Positions 9,327 through 19,628 of a stretch of DNA of 64,000 bases are shown here, one piece after another. A program made the translations under genes and the position numbers. How positions within the stretch are numbered: position 1 is the first letter of the stretch; every line of letters begins with the position of its first letter. Origin of the DNA: Terriglobia bacterium (GTDB taxonomy: Bacteria; Acidobacteriota; Polarisedimenticolia; Polarisedimenticolales; JAIQFR01); contig CAVVHE010000008.1 in assembly GCA_963748015.1 (NCBI GenBank), positions 640,001 to 704,000 on the forward strand, given 5' to 3'. The notes beneath the pieces were generated by a model. It saw only the letters and a program-made list of their open reading frames with translations, searched no databases and was not told the origin of the DNA.

Positions 9327-10754
9327 CTACTTCTTCTGGGCTCCCCGCAGCGCCTGATCGAGGTCGGCGATCACGTCGTCGGGGTGCTCGGCGCCGACGC
9401 AGAGGCGGATCATGTTCGGCGGGATGCCGGCGAGCTTGCGCCCCTCCTCGCCCTGCTGCTGGTGGGTCGAGATCGCCGGGATGGTCGCGACGCTCTTGAT
9501 CCGGCCGAGGTCGGTGGCGCGCCAGATCCGCTGGAGGCCGTCGAAGACCTTCCGCGTCGTATCGACACCCCCCTTGACGCAGAAGGACATCAGGTGGCCG
9601 TAGCGGTTCACCGGCTTCCCGTAAAGCTCGTCGTGCTCGGCGTCCACGAGCCACATGTACCGGCTCGCCAGCGCGTGCAGCGGGTGGTCCGGCAGGCCGA
9701 GGTACTCGACGCTCTCCACGAGCGGGTGCTTCTCGAGGTACCGGGCGACCGCCATCGTGCTGCGGCTCATCAGGTCGACCTTCGAGCGCAGCGTCCGCAT
9801 GTCGTTGAGGGCCATGATCGCCTGCATCGGGTGCAGGTTCGGGCCGTAGTCCCGGTTCGGGAGGTACTTGATGTAGAGGGAGAAGTCGTTCTTGAGGTCC
9901 TGGTTCGGGATGTTCGCGACGATCCCCTTGCGGGCGATCACCGCGCCGCAGATCCCGAAGCCGCTCGTCGAGAGGGTCTTCGTGACGGACTGGACCACGA
10001 TGTCGGCCCCGTGGCAGATCGGGCGCAGGAGCGCCGGCGTCGCGACGGTGCTGTCCACGATCAGCGGCAGGTTGTGAGAGTGGGCGAGGTCGGCGACGGC
10101 CTTGATGTCGAAGAAACCCTGCTGCGGATTGCTCGGCAGCTCGCCGTATAGGAACCGGGTGTTCTCGTCGATCTTCGACGCCCACTCGTCGAGGTCCGTC
10201 GGGTCGTGGATCCAGCGGCACTCGATGTCGCGCTCCTGCTGGAGCCGCACGTTGAACTGCTGGAACGTACCGCCGTAGCACTGCGCGGTCGCGAGGAAGT
10301 TGCGCCGCTCGTTGGTGTTGTGGCGGATGTGCATCAGGAACGGCTGCACCGCGGTCATGATCGCGGCCATCCCCGACGAGGTGGAGCAGCACGACGTCTC
10401 GCCGTCGAAGCCGTACCCCTCGAGGAGGGCGAGCGTCCACTCGTAGTAGTAGGTGGAGGGGTTCGCGATGCGCGAGTAGCACCAGGTCGGGATCATGTAC
10501 GCCAGCGCCGCGGCCATCTCGTCGGAGTCGCGGTAGGCCTGCGACGAGCTCATGAAGATCGGCTCGATGATCGCGCCCTGGTAGTCCTCGATCGCGTCCT
10601 CGACCGAGTAGAGCCCGTGGACCGCGATGGTGTCGAACTTCCACTTCTTGACGACGTCGCGGATGTACTCGGACCGCCTGGCCAGGTACGCGTTGCTCTT
10701 CTCGATGTAACGGCGCATTCCGGGAGTGATGAGGGTGTCTTCGCCGACCGCCAT
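9327..10754 (-). CDS. Cys/Met metabolism PLP-dependent enzyme (O-acylhomoserine sulfhydrylase / cystathionine gamma-synthase family)
   Basis: YSRIANP, SSGMAAI, IVDST, QSVTK (PLP lysine), IRLCVGAE; GGAGG RBS. Confidence 0.88.
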   Translation of the reverse strand: MAVGEDTLITPGMRRYIEKSNAYLARRSEYIRDVVKKWKFDTIAVHGLYSVEDAIEDYQGAIIEPIFMSSSQAYRDSDEMAAALAYMIPTWCYSRIANPSTYYYEWTLALLEGYGFDGETSCCSTSSGMAAIMTAVQPFLMHIRHNTNERRNFLATAQCYGGTFQQFNVRLQQERDIECRWIHDPTDLDEWASKIDENTRFLYGELPSNPQQGFFDIKAVADLAHSHNLPLIVDSTVATPALLRPICHGADIVVQSVTKTLSTSGFGICGAVIARKGIVANIPNQDLKNDFSLYIKYLPNRDYGPNLHPMQAIMALNDMRTLRSKVDLMSRSTMAVARYLEKHPLVESVEYLGLPDHPLHALASRYMWLVDAEHDELYGKPVNRYGHLMSFCVKGGVDTTRKVFDGLQRIWRATDLGRIKSVATIPAISTHQQQGEEGRKLAGIPPNMIRLCVGAEHPDDVIADLDQALRGAQKK

Positions 10755-10926
10755 GATCGACCTCCTGCGAGGGTGGGAACGCCGAACCGCTTGGGGGGCA
10801 AGATACACCATCCGGAGAAGCTCGCACAACGCAAGAGCGCGCGGACCGATCGTCCGTGCGGGTCCGAAACGGAGTCAAATTGGCCGGAATGTTCGTGTAC
10901 TATGATGGGTCCCCCGGGAGCCCATC

Positions 10927-12303
10927 ATGACCAGCCAACCCATTCTCTTCTACAGCACGAACCGGCAGGCCCCCCGCGCGACGCTCCGCCAGGCGCTGCT
11001 GCTAGGGCAGGCGCCCGACCGCGGTCTCTACATGCCGGACGTCTACCCGATGCTCCTGCCCGAGGAGATCGCGGCGCAGAAGGGGCGGACCTACCCCGAG
11101 ATCGCGCACTTCGTCCTCCGGCGCTTCACCCAGGGGGTGATTCCGGATGACCGCCTCGCGGCAATCTGCGAGGACGCCTACGACTACGACGTCCCCCTCG
11201 AGCAGGTCGAGGGGCGCCGGTACCTGATGCGGCTCGACCGCGGTCCCACCGCCTCGTTCAAGGACTTCGCCGCCCGCATGATGGCTCGCTGGATCGGCGT
11301 CTTCATGGAAGAGGACCGGTCCGAGCTGGTGATCCTGACCGCCACGTCCGGCGACACCGGGAGTGCCGTGGCCCACGCTTTCCACGGCGTCGACCGGGTG
11401 CGCGTCGTGGTGCTGTTCCCGATCGCCGAGGTGAGCAACCGGCAGCGCAAGCAGATGACGACGCTCGGCGGGAACGTGACCACGATCGGGGTGGACGGGA
11501 AGTTCGACGACTGTCAGGCGATCGTCAAGCGCGCGTTCGCGGACCCCGACCTCGCGGGGATCCCTCTCAGCTCGGCGAACTCGATCAACATCGGCAGGCT
11601 CCTCCCGCAGGCCGTGTACTACCTGTACGCGTACTCCCGCCTCGCACGGGCGACGGAGATGGAGCCGGTCGTCTTCTCCGTCCCCTCGGGCAATTTCGGC
11701 GACATGATGGGCGCCGTGATCGCGGCCCGCCTCGGCGTGCCGATGTCCCGGCTCGTGATCGCGACGAACTCGAACGACGAGGTGCCGAAGTTCGTGGCCT
11801 CGGGCGTCTACGAGAAGATCGTGCCCAGCCGCGTCTGCATCTCGAACGCGATGAACGTCGGGCACCCGTCCAACCTCGCGCGACTCGTGGACGCGTACGG
11901 CGGCCGGATGGACGAGACCGGCAAGCTCCTCGAGCCTCCGGACATGGCGCGGCTGCGGCGGGACGTGTACGCGGTGAGCATCTCGGAGGACGAGACGCGC
12001 GCGACGATTCGCGACGCGTGGAGCCGCCACCGGGCCCTTCTCGAGCCGCACGGCGCCGTGGGGTGGGCGGGGCTGAATCGGTATCTCGCCGAGCTGCCCA
12101 AGGGGTCGGACCCGCTCGCCATCTCCGTGGAGACCGCGCACCCGGCGAAGTTCCCCGAAGAGATCCAGTCGCTCCTCGGCGTCGATCCCGACCTTCCCCC
12201 CAGCCTGAGAGGAATCGAGGAGCGACCCGAGAGCTACGAGCGCATGACCACGGACTACGAGCCGTTCAAGCGCCTTGTCAAGGAGCGCTTCGCGACGGCG
12301 TAG
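10927..12303 (+). CDS. thrC: Threonine synthase
   Basis: GPTASFKDF, ATSGDTGSA, SANSINIGR, VPSGNFG, TAHPAKF. Confidence 0.95.
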   Translation: MTSQPILFYSTNRQAPRATLRQALLLGQAPDRGLYMPDVYPMLLPEEIAAQKGRTYPEIAHFVLRRFTQGVIPDDRLAAICEDAYDYDVPLEQVEGRRYLMRLDRGPTASFKDFAARMMARWIGVFMEEDRSELVILTATSGDTGSAVAHAFHGVDRVRVVVLFPIAEVSNRQRKQMTTLGGNVTTIGVDGKFDDCQAIVKRAFADPDLAGIPLSSANSINIGRLLPQAVYYLYAYSRLARATEMEPVVFSVPSGNFGDMMGAVIAARLGVPMSRLVIATNSNDEVPKFVASGVYEKIVPSRVCISNAMNVGHPSNLARLVDAYGGRMDETGKLLEPPDMARLRRDVYAVSISEDETRATIRDAWSRHRALLEPHGAVGWAGLNRYLAELPKGSDPLAISVETAHPAKFPEEIQSLLGVDPDLPPSLRGIEERPESYERMTTDYEPFKRLVKERFATA

Positions 12304-12345
12304 CTCCCGGCGTTCCGGCGCCCGACCCGACGGAGGTTCGTCTTC

Positions 12346-13851
12346 ATGACCGGTACGGAGCGGCGGGCCGGGATACTGCTTCACCCGACCTCCCTCCCCG
12401 GGCGGTACGGCATCGGGGACCTCGGGGGGGACGCGCATCTCTTTCTCGCCTGGGCGGCCGGGGCGGGCCAGAGCGTCTGGCAGATCCTGCCGCTCTGCCC
12501 GACGGGGCCCTGGAACTCGCCGTACGTGGGGCTCTCGGCGTTCGCCGGCAACCCGTGGCTCATCTCGATCGAGCAACTCGTCTTCGAGGGATTCCTCGCG
12601 GAGACCGCGATCGAGCGCCCTCCGGCGCTCCCCGAAGGCCGGACCGACTTCGAACGGGTCATCCCGTGGAAGAGCAGGGCGCTGCGGGCGGCCTGGCGGC
12701 ACTTCCGCCGGAGGGCGACCGCCGCCGCGCTCCGGGACCTCGAGGCGTTCCTCGAGGCGCCTCAGCACCGGGGGTGGCTCGACGACTGGGCGCTCTTCAT
12801 GGCGCTCCGGATTCGCAGCGGCGGCAGGGCGTGGACCTCCTGGCCGCACGACCTGCATCGCCGCGAGGCGGGCGCGCTGCGGAGTGCCAAACGCGACCTC
12901 TCGGCGGAGATCGCGTACCAGAAGTTCCTGCAGTTTCTCTTCTTCCGGCAGTGGACGCGGATCAAGGACGAGGCGAACCGGCTCGGCATCCTCGTCATGG
13001 GCGACCTGCCGATCTACGTCGCGCACGACAGCGCCGACGTCTGGGCGAACCAGCGCCTGTTCGATCTCGACGGGGAGGGGCGGCCGGTGGCGGTGGCCGG
13101 CGTTCCTCCCGACTACTTCAGCGAAACCGGCCAGCTCTGGGGGAATCCGCTCTACCGCTGGGACCGCCTCGCGGAAGAGGGGTACGCCTGGTGGGTCGCG
13201 CGGATGCGCTGCAACCTGCGGCTCACGGACCTGCTCCGGATCGACCACTTCCGCGGCTTTGCCGCCTACTGGGCGGTCCCGGCGGGAGAGATGACCGCCG
13301 TCGAGGGGAGCTGGGTCCCCGGCCCCGGACGGGCGCTGTTCGACGCCATGCGCGATGCGCTCGGCGAGCTTCCGCTCGTCGCCGAGGACCTCGGCCACAT
13401 CACTCCCGACGTGCACCAGCTTCGCCGGGACCTCGGGCTCCCGGGGATGCGGGTGCTCCAGTTCGCCTTCGACGGCTCGGACAACGAGCACCTTCCGCAC
13501 CGCCATCCCGAGGACGTCGTCGTGTACACGGGGACCCACGACAACGACACGACGCGGGGCTGGTTCGACAGCCTGGACGAGGACGGACGGCGCATCGTCC
13601 GCGGCGCCATCGGCACGCGGGAGGGGAGCATCGAGTGGGACATGATCCGCGCCGCGTACGGGTCGGCTGCGCGGCTCGCGGTGGTCCCGATGCAGGACGT
13701 GCTCGGCCTCGGCGCCGAGGCGAGGATGAACACGCCGGGGCGGGCGGAGGACAACTGGGCGTGGCGGCTCGCGCCGGACTCGCTCCCCGCCGAGGCCGCC
13801 GAGCGGCTCGCTCGCCTCGCCGCCGAGTCCGGGCGCACCTCCCGCAGCTAG
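12346..13851 (+). CDS. malQ: 4-alpha-glucanotransferase (GH77)
   Basis: LLHPTSLP, GVPPDYFSETGQLWGNP, RIDHFRG, AEDLG, YTGTHDN. Confidence 0.95.
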   Translation: MTGTERRAGILLHPTSLPGRYGIGDLGGDAHLFLAWAAGAGQSVWQILPLCPTGPWNSPYVGLSAFAGNPWLISIEQLVFEGFLAETAIERPPALPEGRTDFERVIPWKSRALRAAWRHFRRRATAAALRDLEAFLEAPQHRGWLDDWALFMALRIRSGGRAWTSWPHDLHRREAGALRSAKRDLSAEIAYQKFLQFLFFRQWTRIKDEANRLGILVMGDLPIYVAHDSADVWANQRLFDLDGEGRPVAVAGVPPDYFSETGQLWGNPLYRWDRLAEEGYAWWVARMRCNLRLTDLLRIDHFRGFAAYWAVPAGEMTAVEGSWVPGPGRALFDAMRDALGELPLVAEDLGHITPDVHQLRRDLGLPGMRVLQFAFDGSDNEHLPHRHPEDVVVYTGTHDNDTTRGWFDSLDEDGRRIVRGAIGTREGSIEWDMIRAAYGSAARLAVVPMQDVLGLGAEARMNTPGRAEDNWAWRLAPDSLPAEAAERLARLAAESGRTSRS

Positions 13852-13881
13852 GGCCGACCCCAGCATTGCCCTTCCAGTCCC

Positions 13882-13961
13882 GGCCCCGGTCCCTGCCGGG
13901 AATGTTCCTCGCCGCCCCGAAAAAGGGGCGTCTGCGGACATTCCCGGCAGGGACCGGGGCC
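13882..13961 (+). repeat. Conserved-core hairpin repeat, copy 1
   Basis: 24-bp perfect arms GGCCCCGGTCCCTGCCGGGAATGT around TCC-TCGC-C-GCCCC-GAAAAA-GGGGC-G-TCTGC-GG. Confidence 0.9.
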
Positions 13962-14039
13962 TGCGTGGACGGTTTCGCACCGAGCGGGGTACGCTCTACA
14001 GCGGCGCAGGCGCGCGCGGCGACGTGAAAGGGGAGGGCG

Positions 14040-16229
14040 GTGGCGGCTTCGTCGTTCCGGATCGACGGGATGGACTGCGGGGAGGAGATCGCCGCGCTGA
14101 AGCGCGAGGTCGGACCCGCGGTGGGCGGCGAGGACCGGCTGTCGTTCGATCTCCTCCACGCGAAGATGACCGTTCACGCCGCTCCGGCGGGCGTGACCGA
14201 GGCGGCGATCGTCGAGGCGGTGTCGCGCGCCGGGCTGCGCGCCGAGCCGTGGGTCGAGGCGCACGGCGAGCCCCGGCGGGCCGAGCGCGCGGCGCGCCGA
14301 GCACGGGTCCTGACGACGGCGGCGAGCGGCGCTCTGGTGGCCGGGGGCTTCGTCCTGCACGCCGTGACGGCCGGCGGGCTCCTCGCCGCCCTCCGCGCGG
14401 GGGAGGGGGGAAGCCCGGTTCCCGCCGCCACCGCGGCGCTCTATTCCGCGGGGTGCGTGCTCGGCCTCTCGATGGTCGCGCCGAAGGCGTGGCTCGCGCT
14501 GCGCAGGCTTCGCCCCGACATGAACCTCCTCATGACCGTGGCGGTCGCCGGCGCGGTCGCGATCGACCAGTGGCTCGAGGCGGCGACCGTGGCGTTCCTG
14601 TTCTCCCTGTCGCTGCTCCTCGAGTCGTGGAGCGTCGGCCGGGCGCGCCGGGCGGTGGAGCGGCTCCTCGATCTCTCGCCGCCGCGGGCCCGCGTGGTCG
14701 GGAGCGGCGGCGGCGAGGAGCTCGTCGCGGTGGACGACGTGAGCGTCGGCTCGCGGATCGTGGTTCGGCCCGGGGAGCGGATCCCGCTCGATGGCCGCGT
14801 GGTGGACGGAGAGACGTCCGTGGACGAGGCCCCGATCACCGGCGAGAGCGTGCCGGTGGACAAGGCGCGCGGCGACGAGGTCTTCGCGGGGACGATCAAC
14901 GGCGACGGGGCGCTGACGGTCGAGGTGGACCGGCCCGCGCGGGAAACGGTGCTCGCGCGGATCATTCGGATGGTCGGGGAGGCGCAGCACCGCAGGGCGC
15001 CGGTGGAGCGATGGGTGGACCGGTTCGCCGCCGTCTACACGCCGGCGGTGATGATCCTGGCGGCGGCGACCGCCGCCCTCCCGCCGCTGCTCCTCGCGCA
15101 GTCCTGGGGGCCCTGGATCTACCGCGGGCTCGTGCTCCTCGTGATCGCCTGCCCGTGCGCCCTCGTGATCTCGACGCCGGTGAGCATCGTCGCGGCGCTC
15201 GCCTCGGCGGCGCGCCACGGCGTGCTGGTGAAGGGGGGCGCTTTCATCGAGGCGCCGTCCCGAGTGCGCGCGGTCGCATTCGACAAGACGGGCACCATCA
15301 CCGAGGGGAGGCAGCGGGTCCTCTCGGTGACGGGGATCGGGGACGTGCCCGATCGCGAGTTGCTCCGCATCGCGGCGTCCCTCGAGGTCCGGAGCGAGCA
15401 CCCGATCGGGAAGGCGATCGTTGCCCACGCCGCGGCCGAGGGGATCGGGGCCGCGCCGGCGGAGGAGACGCGGGCCGTTCGGGGGAAGGGGATCACGGGG
15501 AAGATCGCGGGACGTGCGTTCTGGGCCGGATCCCACCGTCTCCTCGCGGAGCAGGGAGCCGAGACGGACGAAACGACCGCGCGGCTCGCCGCGCTCGCCG
15601 GTTCCGGGAGAACGGTGGTCGCGGTCGGGAGCGAGTCCCGCGCATCCGGGTTCATCACGCTCGCGGACGGGATGAGGCCCGGCGCCGCGCGCGCGGTCGG
15701 GGAGCTGCGCGCGCTCGGCATCGAGCGGATCGTGATGCTCACCGGGGACAACCGCGCGACGGCCGAGGCGGTGGCCCGCGAGGCGGGGCTCGACGAGACC
15801 CACGCCGAGCTCCTCCCCGAGGACAAGGTTCGCATCGTGGAGGACCTCGTTCGGCGGTACCGGCACGTCGCGATGGTCGGCGACGGGGTCAACGACGCCC
15901 CGGCGATGGCCCGCGCCGACGTCGGCATCGCCATGGGCGCCGCGGGCAGCGACGCCGCAGTGGAGGCCGCGGACGTGGGACTCATGTCGGACGATCTCGA
16001 GAAGATCCCCTGGCTCGTCCGGCACTCCCGGCGGGCCCTCGCGGTCGTTCGCCAGAACATCGGCTTCGCCCTGGGCACCAAGGCGGTCCTGGTGGCGCTG
16101 ACCTATGCCGGCCACGCATCGCTGTGGGTGGCGATCGCGGGCGACATGGGGGCCTCGCTCCTCGTGATCGGGAACGGGCTCCGGCTCCTGCGCTCGCCGG
16201 TTTTCTCCGCGCGGCGCGATACGCGATAG
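14040..16229 (+). CDS. Heavy-metal P1B-type ATPase (Zn/Cd/Pb, CadA/ZntA-like)
   Basis: GMDCGEE metal-binding domain, TGES, CPC, DKTGT, SEHP, GDGVNDAP, late K and DMG typical of P1B-2. Confidence 0.92.
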   Translation: MAASSFRIDGMDCGEEIAALKREVGPAVGGEDRLSFDLLHAKMTVHAAPAGVTEAAIVEAVSRAGLRAEPWVEAHGEPRRAERAARRARVLTTAASGALVAGGFVLHAVTAGGLLAALRAGEGGSPVPAATAALYSAGCVLGLSMVAPKAWLALRRLRPDMNLLMTVAVAGAVAIDQWLEAATVAFLFSLSLLLESWSVGRARRAVERLLDLSPPRARVVGSGGGEELVAVDDVSVGSRIVVRPGERIPLDGRVVDGETSVDEAPITGESVPVDKARGDEVFAGTINGDGALTVEVDRPARETVLARIIRMVGEAQHRRAPVERWVDRFAAVYTPAVMILAAATAALPPLLLAQSWGPWIYRGLVLLVIACPCALVISTPVSIVAALASAARHGVLVKGGAFIEAPSRVRAVAFDKTGTITEGRQRVLSVTGIGDVPDRELLRIAASLEVRSEHPIGKAIVAHAAAEGIGAAPAEETRAVRGKGITGKIAGRAFWAGSHRLLAEQGAETDETTARLAALAGSGRTVVAVGSESRASGFITLADGMRPGAARAVGELRALGIERIVMLTGDNRATAEAVAREAGLDETHAELLPEDKVRIVEDLVRRYRHVAMVGDGVNDAPAMARADVGIAMGAAGSDAAVEAADVGLMSDDLEKIPWLVRHSRRALAVVRQNIGFALGTKAVLVALTYAGHASLWVAIAGDMGASLLVIGNGLRLLRSPVFSARRDTR

Positions 16230-16292
16230 ACTGTCCGCTGCCGCGCCCGCCCGGCGAAGCGCCGGAGAGCGGTGACGCGAGAGGGGAATCGC

Positions 16293-16499
16293 ATGGCCGA
16301 CAAGGTGTTCAAGAAGGTCCGGCTGATCGGCTGCTCCGACAAGAGCTACCAGAAGGCGATCGAGACCGCGGTCGAGAAGGCCTCGGAGACGATCAAGGGC
16401 GCATCCTGGTTCGAGGTCGTCGAGCTCCGGGGCGCCCTGCGAAACGGCAAGGTCGTCGAGTATCAGGCGACGCTCGACCTGGGCTTCAAGGTCGAGTGA
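16293..16499 (+). CDS. Dodecin family protein
   Basis: KVFKKVRLIGCS...WFEVVELRG...EYQATLDLGFKVE. Confidence 0.9.
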   Translation: MADKVFKKVRLIGCSDKSYQKAIETAVEKASETIKGASWFEVVELRGALRNGKVVEYQATLDLGFKVE

Positions 16500-16512
16500 T
16501 CGCGCGGCGCGC

Positions 16513-17709
16513 GTGGAGCGTTCGGTCTTGGATCGCGAGCGGGCCCGCCTGACGTTCCTGCCCTTCTCCCGGCCGGCCCTCGGCGAGGAGGAGGTCCGGG
16601 CGGTCGTGGACTGCCTGCGCTCGGGCTGGATCACGACCGGGCCTCGCACTCGCGAGTTCGAGGAGAAGTTCGCCGCGTACGTCGGCGCGCGCCACGCGCT
16701 CGCGGTGACCTCGGGAACGGCGGGGGAGCACCTGGCCCTCCTCGCCCTCGGCATCGGGCCGGGGGACGAGGTCGTGACGAGCCCGATGACCTGGACCTCG
16801 ACGGTGAACATCGTCGAGCTCGTGGGCGCTCGCCCGGTGTTCGTGGACATCGAGCCGGACACGCGCAACCTCGACCCCGCGAAGCTTCGCGCCTCGATCA
16901 CCGGGAAGACGCGGGCGATCGTCCCCGTGCACTTCGCGGGGCTTCCCTGCGACATGGACGCGATCGGGACGATCGCGGCGGAGCGGGGGATCCCGGTGAT
17001 CGAGGACGCCGCGCACGCGGCGGGCTCCACCTACCGGGGACGGCCGATCGGGAGCCTGAGCCTGCTCTCGATATTCAGCTTCCACGCGATCAAGAACCTG
17101 ACGACCGGCGAGGGGGGGATGATCACGACGGACGACGGCGCTCTCGCCGACCGGATCCGCCTCCTCCGCTTCCACGGGATCACGCGCGACTCCTGGCAGC
17201 GGCAGGGGGCGGGGGCCGGGGCCGCCTACGACGTCCTCGTCCCGGGGTTCAAGTACAACCTCACCGACATCCAGTCGGCGATCGGCGTCGTGCAGCTCGC
17301 CAGGCTCGATGCCTTGAACGCGCGGCGCGAGATCCTCGCGCGCCGCTACCTCGACGCGCTCGCCGGCGTCGAGGAGATACGGCTCCCCGCGGCGGGCGCG
17401 GGGTATCCGGCCCGGCACGCGTGGCACCTCTTCACGATCCTGGTAGACGCGGACCGCCTCACCGTGGACCGGTTCGGGTTCATGGAGGCGATGAAGCGGG
17501 AGAACATCGGCACCGGCCTGCACTTCCTCGCCGTGCACCTGCAGCCCCACTACCGCACGCGGTACGGCTACGCTCCCGGCGACTTCCCGGAAGCGGAGCG
17601 GGTGTCCGAGCGGATCGTGTCGCTTCCCCTCTTCCCCGGGATGACCGAGGCGGACGTGGACGACGTGGCGCGCGCGGTGAAGAAGGTGGTCCGGACGCAC
17701 CGGAGGTGA
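16513..17709 (+). CDS. arnB: UDP-4-amino-4-deoxy-L-arabinose aminotransferase (DegT family)
   Basis: SGWITTGP, IEDAAHA, FSFHAIKNLTTGEGG, PGFKYNLTD; arn operon context. Confidence 0.85.
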   Translation: MERSVLDRERARLTFLPFSRPALGEEEVRAVVDCLRSGWITTGPRTREFEEKFAAYVGARHALAVTSGTAGEHLALLALGIGPGDEVVTSPMTWTSTVNIVELVGARPVFVDIEPDTRNLDPAKLRASITGKTRAIVPVHFAGLPCDMDAIGTIAAERGIPVIEDAAHAAGSTYRGRPIGSLSLLSIFSFHAIKNLTTGEGGMITTDDGALADRIRLLRFHGITRDSWQRQGAGAGAAYDVLVPGFKYNLTDIQSAIGVVQLARLDALNARREILARRYLDALAGVEEIRLPAAGAGYPARHAWHLFTILVDADRLTVDRFGFMEAMKRENIGTGLHFLAVHLQPHYRTRYGYAPGDFPEAERVSERIVSLPLFPGMTEADVDDVARAVKKVVRTHRR

Positions 17710-17713
17710 CGGG

Positions 17714-18691
17714 ATGAGGGATCGAGAACGGACGGCGGTGAGTCCCGCAGCCGTGGGCCCGGCTCCCTACCTGTCCGTGGTGATTCCGGTCTTCGACGAG
17801 GAAGCGAACATCCCGACGCTCCACCGGCGGGTCGGCGGCGCGCTCGAGGCGATCGGCCACACGTGGGAGGTCGTCTACGTGGACGACGGGAGCCGCGACC
17901 GCTCCCTCGAGATGCTGCAGGCGCTCGCCACGGAGGACCCGCACGTGGTCGTGGTGGAACTCGTCCACAACTTCGGGCAGCACGCCGCGATCCTCGCCGG
18001 GTTCGAGCAGGTGCGCGGCGAGATCGTGGTGACGCTCGACGCGGACCTGCAGAACCCGCCGGAGGAGATCGGCAAGCTCGTGGCGGTGATCGAGGAGGGG
18101 CACGACGTCGCCGGCGGCGTGCGCGTGGACCGGCACGACTCGTTCGCCCGCAAGCTCCCGTCGCGAATCGTCAACAAGATCATCAGCGGCTCGACCGGGA
18201 TGGAGCTCAAGGACTACGGCTGCATGCTCCGCGCCTACCGCCGGGGGATCGTCGACAACATCTCCCTCTACGGCGAGAGCTCCACGTTCGTGCCCGCGCT
18301 GGCCAACCTGTTCGCGCACTCCGTGAAGGAGGTGCCGGTCGGCCACGCGGTCCGCGCCGCGGGGAAGTCGAAGTACAACATCCGCCGCCTGTTCCACCTC
18401 GCGTTCGACCTGATCACGGGTTTCTCGCTCTACCCGATCCGCATGGTCACGCTCCTGGGCGGCCTGGTCGCCATGCTCGGGATGGGGTTCGGCCTCTTCC
18501 TGTTCGTGAGACGGTTGATCGTGGGACCCGAAGCGCAGGGCCTGTTCACGCTGTTCGCGATCCTGTTCGTCTTCGTCGGCCTGCAGATCCTGGCGCTCGG
18601 CCTGATCGGTCAGTACATCGGCCGGATCTACTTCGAGGTGCGGAGGCGCCCCCGGTTCGTCGTGAGGCGGATCCACCGACATGAAGGCTGA
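17714..18691 (+). CDS. arnC: Undecaprenyl-phosphate Ara4FN transferase (GT2)
   Basis: VDDGSRD, NFGQHAAI, TLDADLQNPPEEI, DYGCMLRAY, two C-terminal TM helices. Confidence 0.88.
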   Translation: MRDRERTAVSPAAVGPAPYLSVVIPVFDEEANIPTLHRRVGGALEAIGHTWEVVYVDDGSRDRSLEMLQALATEDPHVVVVELVHNFGQHAAILAGFEQVRGEIVVTLDADLQNPPEEIGKLVAVIEEGHDVAGGVRVDRHDSFARKLPSRIVNKIISGSTGMELKDYGCMLRAYRRGIVDNISLYGESSTFVPALANLFAHSVKEVPVGHAVRAAGKSKYNIRRLFHLAFDLITGFSLYPIRMVTLLGGLVAMLGMGFGLFLFVRRLIVGPEAQGLFTLFAILFVFVGLQILALGLIGQYIGRIYFEVRRRPRFVVRRIHRHEG

Positions 18692-19628
18692 CGGGTCCCC
18701 GCTGCGCGCCGTCGTCCTCGCGTACCACGACGTCGGCTGCGCGGGGGTCGAGGAGCTTCTCGCGCAGGGGGACGACGTTCTCGCGGTCATCACCCACGAG
18801 GACGACCCGGGCGAGAACGTCTGGTTCGGCTCGGTGGCCGACCTTGCCCGCTCGCGCGGCGTGCCGGTCCACACGCCGGACGACGTGAACCGGCCCGAGT
18901 GGGTCGAGAGGATCCGCGACCTTACGCCCTCGATCCTCTTCTCGTTCTACTACCGCAAGATGATCTCGCCCGAGCTCCTCGCGATCCCGCCGCTCGGCGC
19001 GCTCAACCTCCACGGGAGCCTGCTCCCGCGGTATCGCGGCCGGGCCCCGGTCAACTGGGCGCTCGTGAACGGCGAGACCGAGACCGGCGTCACGCTTCAC
19101 TACATGACGGCGAAGCCGGACGCGGGGGAGATCGTCGCGCAGCGAAAGGTCGCGATCGGCTTCGAGGACACCGCGGCGGTCCTGTTCGGGAAGATCGTCG
19201 TGGCGTCCCGCGAGCTGGTGCGCGAGACCCTGCCGCTGCTCCGCGCGGGGACGGCCCCGCGCGTCCCGCAGGATCTCACGCAGGGGAGCTACTGCCGCGG
19301 GCGCCGCCCCGAGGACGGCCGAATCGACTGGAGCCGGCCCGCCGTCGAGATCCACAACCTCGTCCGCGCCGTCGCACGCCCGTACCCCGGCGCCTTCACG
19401 GAACTCGGCGGGAAGAGGCTCTTCGTGTGGAAGGGGTACCCGCTGACGCGGGAGGCGCAGGGGGCCGAGCCCGGCTGCGTCGTCGCCACGGACCGCGAGA
19501 GCGGGGTGGCGCTCGTCGCCACGGGAAACGGCGTGTTCCGGCTCGACGTCTGCCAGGTGGAGGGGGAGCCCGATCGCCGAGGCGCCGATCTGCCGCCGGG
19601 GGCGCTCCTGGGAGGCGCGACCTCGTGA
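18681..19628 (+). CDS. Stand-alone formyltransferase (ArnA N-terminal domain)
   Basis: AYHDVG, THEDDPGENVWF, FSFYYR, NLHGSLLPRYRGRAPVNWA; no SDR domain follows. Confidence 0.88.
   Translation: MKADGSPLRAVVLAYHDVGCAGVEELLAQGDDVLAVITHEDDPGENVWFGSVADLARSRGVPVHTPDDVNRPEWVERIRDLTPSILFSFYYRKMISPELLAIPPLGALNLHGSLLPRYRGRAPVNWALVNGETETGVTLHYMTAKPDAGEIVAQRKVAIGFEDTAAVLFGKIVVASRELVRETLPLLRAGTAPRVPQDLTQGSYCRGRRPEDGRIDWSRPAVEIHNLVRAVARPYPGAFTELGGKRLFVWKGYPLTREAQGAEPGCVVATDRESGVALVATGNGVFRLDVCQVEGEPDRRGADLPPGALLGGATS

Noticed and set aside
13882..13961. Hairpin family as ordinary rho-independent terminators or a known riboswitch
   Set aside because: No flanking U-tract; the shared loop sequence is not expected of terminators; copies lie at 3' ends in both orientations; no c-di-GMP, SAM or hammerhead consensus is visible.
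14040..14110. GMDCGEE instead of GMxCxxC in the P1B ATPase
   Set aside because: The CxxE-type variant is seen in other CadA-like proteins; not novel.
11002..17030. Very long antisense ORFs (e.g. 11002..13980, 13848..17030; also 30409..33570)
   Set aside because: Typical high-GC shadow ORFs opposite well-supported genes, with no recognisable motifs.
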